A program made the translations under genes and the position numbers. 64,000 bases of DNA from Nageia nagi (taxonomy: Eukaryota; Plantae; Pinophyta): the NCBI GenBank assembly GCA_050084985.1, contig JBITNC010000001.1, forward strand, positions 118,420,001 through 118,484,000, read 5' to 3'. Below the pieces are notes generated by a model. That model was not told the origin of the DNA. It saw only the letters and a list, made by a program, of their open reading frames with translations, and did not search any database. This document shows positions 54,841 through 64,000 of this stretch, in pieces (the first letter of the stretch is position 1; each line of letters begins with the position of its first letter).

Positions 54841-55303
54841 TATATATCTCAAGACTTGTTAGATATGTGTTTAAGATATTTAACGTATACTTTCTACAAA
54901 TAAATAAATTAAATTTATTTAAAAATAAAATAAAATATTTTATATTAATATAAATTTTAAATTTAATTTTGTAATACAAATAAAAATAGAATGTAAGCAA
55001 AACTCATAATTATATTATATCTATTGGATAGATTCTTTTATGTAAATTTATTAATCTCATATATTTGTTTTTTAAGTTCTTTAATCTATTATAGTTAAAT
55101 GCAATATGTATCATTATTTTACAATTTTATTTTTATTTTCTATTTTACATAGTAAGTCAGTTTATGTAGCTACATTAGGTGCAACAATCTTCAACTTGAT
55201 CATGTGGGCTTCTTTCAATGGGATTTTGGAAAATGTCACAATCGACACATGACTATAGTTATTTGTTGTATGTGTTGTGTTTGATTAGGTGGAACCTAGC
55301 CTT

Positions 55304-55650
55304 GACTATTACACGAAAGTAATTGAGCATCACAAGTGTAATTAGCATCCTCAATGACAACACATGCAACAAGTTTTGTGTGATAGTCACTTAGGTTAGC
55401 TGCTTGATCAGCCTGAAAATTTCAACAATTATAATTATTTTTGAAAGTGATCAACAAGATTCAAATGTTTGTCAATGGTTTCTCAATCTAATGTCTTCAT
55501 AGTTATACCATCCTATCATTCATCAAAACCTCTATTAGCCAATAGAATTAATGATTGGAAGTTGACTATCACACAAAAGTAACTAACTATGCAACATAAG
55601 CATTCAACGTCCTTAAGGATAACTGAGGAAACAACTTTTGTGTGATAGTC
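55304..55650. repeat. Two tandem hairpin units with shared 17-bp arms
   Basis: gactattacacgaaagt (55304-55320) / agttttgtgtgatagtc (55372-55388), and perfect gactatcacacaaaagt (55564-55580) / acttttgtgtgatagtc (55634-55650). Confidence 0.8.
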
Positions 55651-56754
55651 CTCTTTGAATCCCACCAGATGAGCCACAACATAGGGTATATATAACTCCA
55701 TTAGTTAACACACCATTCTCCATCGAAGCCTTTACCTCCTTCAAATTGGCATCCACTTATGATTTGAACATAATTAAGGTTTCAGGAGCACATTAGCGAG
55801 TGGTTAATTGCAAAGGTTAAAATGTGATTAGATGGAAATGTGGATTTCAAACCTGAGAAATCTACCTAAAGCTTTGTGCATGATACATCTCTCACCAATC
55901 AATTCAAATTGTGAAGGGATTAAAACTTGGAAATGTAACAAATATTTATTTGAACCTAGTTAGTTTAATACCTTACGAATTTGGAAGGTTAACTTCTCCA
56001 CACATTTGAACAACAACTAATTCTAAATAGAAATACTTAGCAACATGGTTGAATCAATAAGTTGTTCATTTCACGAGGGGTTTAGTTTGCCTTGCTTTCC
56101 ATGTTTGCTTTGGTTTATGTACTCATTAGTAGGTTAATTAATTTTTTTTAATTTTTAAAACATATTTAATGGACACATATTTTGGTGCCTCCCTTAGTTG
56201 CCTCTATATAATGTTATTATTTTATTTTATTATAACTCATAAGCTATTTAACATTCACCCTTCCATCATCGCCTGTTCGACCGTGCCCTTAAGTTCACTG
56301 CCTTTTTCTTGGTATACTATAAAGGCGAAAGTTAACTACCATGTGTGTTGGATGGAATAACTACCATACAAATCAACATGTATATAACAATTTGCTCCAT
56401 CATTTAGATTAAAATAACATATATGATAGTTAATATCATCATACCTTAAATGTGTCAAAGCTTTATCACTCTATATCATGATTTTGCTCATCTTATCGTG
56501 CCTTACTACCCTTCTCATGCAACAATCTCACCAACAATAAATATAGCACTACATGGCATAATTTCAAAATATCATTCATTGCTAAGGTCCTTAAAATAAA
56601 GGAGGCTTGACCCATTTCTCCTGGTTGCATTCTAGGTATTATTTCTTTTACGTAGGTATGGATTCTCTATGGATATCATTTAATATTTGTGTCCATGTAT
56701 GATTCCCTGATTTGCGTGTATGATGCCCTAATCGATATTTAACTGTTGTGATAA

Positions 56755-57710
56755 AATAAACATTTTTATGTATGATGCAGGATCAAATATGTCAAGCTAT
56801 TTTAAATTGTTTTAAAATATGAATTACTTATTTGAAGGCAGAAGCATCGTTTGATTGGTATTATAGAGGATTTTTTGACCCATCTACAGGCCACCATTGT
56901 CTATATATAAATGTAGACACACCTGGACCAACGAATGAAAAATGCCTCAGCGAATGCATTTTGGGACAAGCAGAAACCATAGTGGACACATGCAGGGCCA
57001 TCTCATACACACAAAAGCTGCCTCTCCATTAGTAGCTTGTCTAATGGCTGGCTCAGCCTCCCAAGCATTTGCAACGAATCTAAGTTGGATTTCGGGATGA
57101 CGGAAGGAAATCAACTTGCTTTTGTTTTTATTAATGTGCTGACCTCAGAAACCAGAAGACTACAATAGATGATGCATAGTGAACTGGAACCTGCCACCCA
57201 TTAACCATCCATATTCATGATGCTTGCGAGTAGGTTATCCAGATACAACTAATTAGAAAGTATACAACTTAATTAAATACTAGTTAATATAGTCACAGTG
57301 ATGCTGAAGAGACATATCAGATGACTGCTATGTAAGCTTAAGGTAAACTTGAACGGGGACTTTAAGAATAAGAAGAACTTGAAACATTTTTTGATGGAAG
57401 CTTAGAGGTGGTTAGCCATCGTGAATGGTTGGAATTTGTAGTTTTCATAGAAAGATTAGATGGAGTACTCATTAAAACCCTCGCTAATAGAATTGCCATG
57501 AATTTAATAGAGGAAGATGATTGTCAGAAAGCAACTTGGCTATGTCATTCTCTACGCGTTGGTTGGCCTGTTGTTCAGGAGTTGAGGTGCAAGAGTACTA
57601 CAAGTGTCATATCACCCCATATAACCAGTGTATACATTGTCCACATCATTAGTCTTTACGGTGGATGGCAATCTCTATGATTCCACCAAGTTCACTCCAA
57701 TCAGTCTTAC
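56755..57710 (-). ncRNA. NLR/LRR-derived mosaic segment D
   Basis: 56755-57240 is homologous to 53680-54275 and 57130-57240 to 61381-61490; 57292-57345 is homologous to A; extra fragments LIGV/LGGI, RLPSTV, NDVDNV, IKKCFKF on minus. Confidence 0.45.
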
Positions 57711-57889
57711 TCTATTCATCTTTCTTGTGGGTTTCAAGCACAATAACGTTTCTTTATTTTTACAATGGATTTTTTTTGATGCAAAAGATCGAGGTCTATT
57801 AACTGTTTTTGGTCATTCAAGAATATTAATATATTTTCTTTCTTTTTATTTTTATACAAGGTAAGGAAAAGAAATCAATTACAATAACT

Positions 57890-60800
57890 AATGATGAGTG
57901 GGTTCTCTTAGACAAGAAAGCTTTAAGGATGGTCAGGTTGTATTTGGCTAGCATTACTTCCTTCAACATTTTTAAAGAAAAAAAAACTAACATTTTTCTT
58001 ATGAAGAAATTATTTAATATTAAAATGAATGAAGGTGCTTCAAAATTTTCATGATTATTTAAATGTGTTTAATATAGTAGCTAGTCTTTATTGAGTTCTT
58101 TAGGATTTGATTTTGATAAAGTAAGAGCTTTGCTAATTTTATACTTGCTTCTAGAGGGTTGGGATAATTTGATAACAACGGTAACTCTGCATCAAGTTTT
58201 AATAAGTTAGTTTTGTATGATGTTGTCAGTGTTATTCTGAATGAAGGTATGAGGAGAAAATCCTTTGGTGAGGTATTATCATCAAGGCAATGTTAACAAT
58301 TGAAAATAATAGAAGAAAGCAAGAGAAAGCGGCAAAAGTTAGAGTAGACAAAAATCCAAAGGAAGATCTAAGTGAAGAGGCAAAGGGAAAGTCGAATATT
58401 GGTACTGTGACAAGAAAAGCCATTTGAAAAAAGATTGTTGAAATAAAATAAATGATGAAAATGATTTTAAGGATGGAGGAAATAAAGGTAATAATTTAAA
58501 ATCTAATATAGATGGTGAAATATTGTATGATGCTTTGATATTATATTTAGATAAGACAATAATTACTAGGTTATTGAATCTGGTGCATCTTTTGATGCTA
58601 CTTTATAGAAAGATTATTTTGTAGAGTATGTTGAATGTGAATTAGGAAGTTCTATTGGGAGACAACCATCCTTACCAAATTAAGGGAAAGGGAAAGATAA
58701 ATATGAAATTGCCCAATGGAACTCTACTAGTGTTGAATGAAGTACAATATATTACTAATCTAAAGATAAATTTAATTCTAGTCAATAAACTTGATATAGA
58801 AGGTTTCACAACTACATTTGAGGAAAACTCTTGGAAGTTAACAAGAGGCTTTATGGTGGTCGTTAAAGGTAAATTAGTTAGTATAATTTATTTGCTTACA
58901 GACTCATTTATTTGTATTATGAATCTTTCTACAAGAGAAGATGCAAAGATGTGGTATTGTTGATTAGGCCACATGAGTGAGAAAGGAATGAAGATTTTGC
59001 ACTCACAAAAATTACTGTTGAAACATAAGGAAGTGGATCTTAGCTTTTGTGAGGATTGCATTTATGGTAAAAAAAATGGTAGTATTCCTAAAATTTAGAA
59101 AAGAGAAGAAGAAATAAAAGTTAGATTTCATTCACACAGATGTATGGGGATTGGTTCAAGTAACTTCTCTCGATGGCTCCATTTGTTATGTGCTTTTTAT
59201 TGATGATTCCATAAGAGAAATATGGGTTTACTGCATTTGAAATAAGTTTGATGTCTTTGATACATTTTAGAGGTGGAAAGCATTAATAGATAATGAGATT
59301 GGTAAGAAAGTAAAAAGTCTCGAGACAAATAATGGTGGAGAATAATAGATTCAAAAGGATAAAGGTCACTCCAAGAACATCTCAAGAAAATTATATTTTT
59401 GATAGGATGAATAGGATTATTATGAATCATGCTAGATACCTTAGGCTACATGTTTGTTTGTCTTTGTATTTGTTTGCTAATTATATTATTATTATTGTTT
59501 ATTTGATCAACAAGGGACCTTAGACTACTTTGGATGATAGGATTATAAAAGATATATAAATAGGTAAATTTATAAACTACTCCTTTCTTAAATCTTTTAG
59601 ATGTGAAGTGTATATATTATATATATATATATATATAAAAGAATGCATGCAAAAACTAGACGTAAAATCATAAAAATATTATTTTACCGGCTATAATATT
59701 GATGGTTTGGATTTCAAATTATGGGACAACACTCGCCATAAGATTATGAGGACTAGAGATGTTGTCTTTAATGAGAATAAGTTGTATAGGGATAGAATGC
59801 AGTTAAAAGAAGATGACCCAAAGTTTGTAGAGCTTGATGATATTAGTGAAAGTAGTGTATAGAAAGTACAGGATGAGGTCAAAGATCCTCAAAATCCACC
59901 ATAATCTCCACCATTAAATTTTCAACAACAGAAGCAATAATCACCTTAGTCCTCTATAAGTGCTATCAGATAATATACCAGGACAAGTAGAATCTCTCAA
60001 TGTTTATTTGATTATGTTATGCCTCTAAGAGTAAGTAAGTTGCTAGAACATTATTCTCCTACTCTTTACTATGTTTTGTATATTAATGCTAATGTATCAA
60101 AGTATTTGAATGAAGCATTATAGTTGGATACTTGCAAGTAGTGGGAGCTCGTAATGGATGAATAGATAGATTCTCCTAAACATAATAAAACTTGAGATTT
60201 GGTTGAGCTTCATGCTGAAAAGAAGGCCCTACACAACAAATGGATATACAAAGTGAAAGAGGAAGCAGGGGGACACAAATGATATAAGGCAAGATGGGTA
60301 GTAAAGGGATTTGCACAATAAAAAGGTATAGCCTTTGATAAGATTTTCTCCCTTGTTGTAAAAAATGATTTCTATTTCAACTATTTTAAGATTGGTTGCT
60401 ACATAGGAATTGAATATGGAATAACTAGATGTCAAGAAAACATTCCTTTATGGAGATATAGAAGAGGAAGTTTATATCCAATAATAAAGGGGCATGAGGT
60501 TACAAGTAAAAGGAATCTTGTGTGGAAATTGAAAAAGAGTTTTATGTTACTCTAAGAAGGTTCTTAGGTAATCGTATTTCAAATTTGACAATTTTTTGTG
60601 TGAATAGGATTTCATGAGGTGTCAAAGTGATCCCTATGTTTATTTTAAGAATATTGGAAATGAAAATTATGTTATTCTCTATTGTATATGGATGATATGT
60701 TAGTTGTAGGAGAAAGTATGTGTGATATAAACATGCTCAAGAAATAATTGACAAATACATTTGCTATGAAGAATTTGGGAGAGACCAACCAAATCCTTGA

Positions 60801-61352
60801 GATGAGAATTAATCAAAATGGAGAAAACCACATAATAAAGTTACATCAAGATGAGTATGTTGGAAAGGTATAGAAAGATGATTAATATGAAAGATGCTAA
60901 ATTGGTTACTCAACCTTTCGAAATTGACTTGTATTCCAAGACACAAAATTAACCTAACCATATGGCCAAGGTTACTTATGCTTTCGTAGTGGGGAGATTG
61001 ATGTATACTATGGTCTAGACCTAACATAATATAAGTAGTGGGAGTGGTAAGTAGGTTTATGAACAATCTAAATAAGGCTCATTGGCAAGTTGTTAATTTG
61101 ATATTCAGGTACTTAGTAGAAACTTCAAATTATTATTATGAATTTTGGAGGTTTTAATATTTTTCCACAAGGATATGTTAATTTAGATATGACAGGTGAT
61201 TTGTATGGTGGAAGGAGCACAAAAAGAAATATGTTTATTTTGGGTGGAACAATAGTAAATTTGATCTCTGAATTACAATAGATAGTTGCAATTTCAACAA
61301 CAAAATCAAAATATATAACATTATTAAAGTAAGCAAAGAGTTTATATGGCTC
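57890..61352 (+). mobile_element. Ty1/Copia (Tnt1-like) gag-pol, degenerate, LTRs lost
   Basis: EWVLLDKKALRMVRL; knuckle WYCDKKSHLKKDC; LGHMSEKG; LDFIHTDVWG; YKARWVVKGF; LDVKKTFLYGDIEEEVY; LYMDDMLV; VAISTTKSKY..SKEFIWL; integrase before RT. Confidence 0.92.
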
Positions 61353-61380
61353 ACACAAATAAATAATTTTTTTTTTTTTT

Positions 61381-62110
61381 ATTAATGTGCTTACCTCAGA
61401 AAGCCGTAAGACTATGGAAGATGATGCAAAGTGAAGCGGAACCTACCACCCATTAACCATATACATTCATGATGCTTGCGACTAGGTTAACGAGAGGGTG
61501 TAGTTGGAACTTGCGACTATTTCTGATTCGCCATTTAATAACTTGGCTAGCCCAGTCCCATCTTTTATCATCGACATCCCCAGTGATATGGGCCCTTAGG
61601 TAGTTAAGAAAGGAAATTAGATGATGGTTCTTATCCTATATGTCAAACCAACAGAGGACAAAACAATAAATTTTCCAAGTAACAAGGGAGATGCGTTGTA
61701 ATCGTCAGTTGTGTTTATGTGGACAGGCCTTTGACAGCAACAAGATGGACCTGAATAGGAACCACGTGAATCAATAATCATGTCCCTAGCCACTTCCCAC
61801 TCCCAAATCAAAATCCAGGTGAGATAGGTCCGTATAGAACAAAGGTGTCAAATACGAAAAAGGTTTTTGGAAACCCTGCTATCCATGATGATCATTTACC
61901 GCACTCTCGCTGCAAGTACCAATGACCATGGGCATAACTTCTCCGTTAAGATAGAGGGGAGGCTTCCGAACTCTAAAGTTAGGACTGCAAAAGTGCATCA
62001 GAATGACGACATCAAATGAGTTAGGGAGATATTAAAGTGGAGATGGTATATCTGATGCCAACAACGTCTCACATTTGTAGAAGATATCAACGAAAAGGCT
62101 ATTACGGAAT
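61381..62110 (-). ncRNA. NLR/LRR-derived mosaic segment E
   Basis: Homologous to 54200-54840; QVHLVAVKGLS P-loop remnant 61750-61707; LPCYLENL; LRAHITGDVDD; IRNSRKFQLHP; IMNVYG/MGG; minus-strand donor AG|GTAAGC at 61394. Confidence 0.5.
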
Positions 62111-62127
62111 AAAAGAGTCGCTCCCTT

Positions 62128-62398
62128 CAGGGTTTAAATTTAACACCCATTTAAACGTTTTTGTCATTTTTTTCTGTCAAATACAGCCATAATTTAAAAT
62201 TAACCATCATCTATGCCGTTTAAATGCAATTTTTACCTATCAAAATTTATATATATACTATATTAATTAATAGATTAAATATTTTTTTTTTTTTATATAT
62301 AGAAGTTTAAAATATTATATTGATAAGTAAAATTGAAGAGTAAACTCTCATTCAAAAATTGAATGGCAGGTAGGACAGCCTGTCAAATTTAAACCTTG
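62128..62398. mobile_element. MITE with 18-bp TIRs
   Basis: cagggtttaaatttaaca ... tgtcaaatttaaaccttg; AT-rich interior; TSD unclear. Confidence 0.65.
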
Positions 62399-62889
62399 CT
62401 TTCTTTCACTGAAGTTAAATAGTTTGTGAGTTGTAATAAGATAAAAGATTATTTAATAATGTAGAATAGTTTCATATAAAGATTATATGGATATGGGTTT
62501 TTTTCCTTGGATAGAGCTAAGTTATTTCTTTCTAGTGAAAGCTATCCAACCTCTTAAATTCTCTTGTCGATCGATGTTGGTGGTAGCTCTAACTTTTCAT
62601 TGCTATGTCAACATGAAAGGCATGCATGCATGAGCAATGCCCATACATACTTGATTCAATGCATAAAGTTTAACATCATTTTTTGTAAATTAGACTTCAT
62701 TTTTTTTGGAAAGTAGACTTCATTCAATTCGTAAACAAAATGCATCTAACCCACAATGTAAACACTCTTCATTTTGCCTGGTATAAATAAAATGTGTTTA
62801 TACCATTGCCTAGATTTTTATATGGTATTAAATGAATCATGTTTACGGAGTAAACTCCATGCATTTACAACATCTCTATGCACTATTTA

Positions 62890-63270
62890 AACTTAAGGCA
62901 TTTACACCCTACCTCAATTGCCCACACAAATTTGGACCCCTCGATTTGAACATCACCACCCATTACATTAGCATCAATGGAGGGGAGTTAAACACTTGTT
63001 GTTTACAAAAATAAATATAAGGCATTTAACCCCAATCATGACACTATGCATGCCTTTTGAATGTCACCAATCACCATTGATGTGTTCATTAAAGGAAAGG
63101 GTTAAACATGTTTTGTTTATAATGGTAAGCATAATGTGTTTATCCCAAACATCATATCACCTTGCATGCCTTTTGAATATCACCAACCATATTTAATGCA
63201 TTCATTAATAGAAGGTGTTAAATGCTTTTTGTTTACAAGGATAAACATAAAGTATTTACACTATATCATG
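62890..63270. repeat. ~116-bp degenerate tandem repeat, about 3 copies
   Basis: t(tt)gaa..tcacc....cat...gttaaa...t.tgttta recurring at ~62945, ~63055 and ~63170. Confidence 0.75.
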
Positions 63271-64000
63271 TATTTGGAAGTCATTTTAGGAGTAAATAGA
63301 AGGCATTTATCCCTATTAAAAATGAAGGGAAGGTGACCCATGTTTTTCACATTGTTGTTCATGGTCATTTTAAGTTATATTGATGTTGTAGAGAGGTCAG
63401 AAAAGTATTGTAATGTTGGTTATTAGGTATGTTTTTCAACCAAATTTTCCATGTTTAATTGCAATCCATGAAATCATGTTTACATGATGTATATTCATAA
63501 TAAATTTCAATACCATTCCTTGATATTTTTCATGCATACATGTCAAATAAACTTTGTAACAATTCTTTTAAAATCAAAAGCTCCTTGCCTGCCTCTAATA
63601 TGTAGAGATAATGGTATTCAAAGAAGTTGCTAAAATAACCATTTACTACAAAAATCTTATGATGTGCAAATAATTATTGTTGGTGAGCCTCAGGAACTTA
63701 GGTTCCACTAGTTGAATTCAAACAATATTATTCTAGAAATACGAATAAGAAGGGTCATTGAGATTTCACCTAAAAAATTCTTACAACTTTTTACAACATA
63801 AACATTACAAAATCAAGCATGGACCTTCTATGTCCTTGATTCAAGCAATCATATACATGTTATAGTAAGGGAAACACTAAGTATAGTGTCCTATGAGCAT
63901 GGATATTGTTCATATTATTATGTGATATTGAAGCACCAAGAAAACACATTCACACACCTAATTCAGGTTTTATGGTTATCTTAATAATGATGTTCAAATA

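Noticed and set aside
14965-62110. An intact multi-exon NLR gene spread across transposon-filled introns
   Set aside because: Segments duplicate each other, motifs are frameshifted and out of order, and the TIR remnant lies downstream of C, D and E
62890-63270. Repeat array considered as CRISPR-like
   Set aside because: Whole units are degenerate copies with no unique spacers; eukaryotic context and no cas genes

Overview
AT-rich (roughly 30% GC by eye) plant nuclear DNA. It is most likely gymnosperm, judged from conifer-type PLS-DYW PPR and TIR motif styles and from old, heavily deaminated retroelements. No intact protein-coding gene is present. Most of the window is decayed transposons: Ogre/Tat and chromovirus-type Gypsy, Copia, two LINEs, two SINEs and several TIR elements. 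One complete Ogre/Tat element (38391-47282, TSD ATTAT) lacks pol and carries an antisense PMD ORF. Between the transposons lie islands that keep their CpGs. Five related ~0.7-1.6 kb non-coding segments (about 15.0-15.8, 26.2-27.2, 53.2-54.8, 56.8-57.7 and 61.4-62.1 kb) and a TIR remnant (49.6-49.8 kb) read on the minus strand as scrambled short NLR/LRR motif fragments. Two internally collapsed PPR-E-DYW remnants (12.3-13.5 kb +, 48.4-49.1 kb -) are also present, and the second appears to keep a TATA box and a 5' intron. The leading hypothesis (inference, untested) is a cluster of TAS/PHAS-like lncRNA loci built from NLR and PPR fragments. All alignments were done by eye, so boundaries are approximate.
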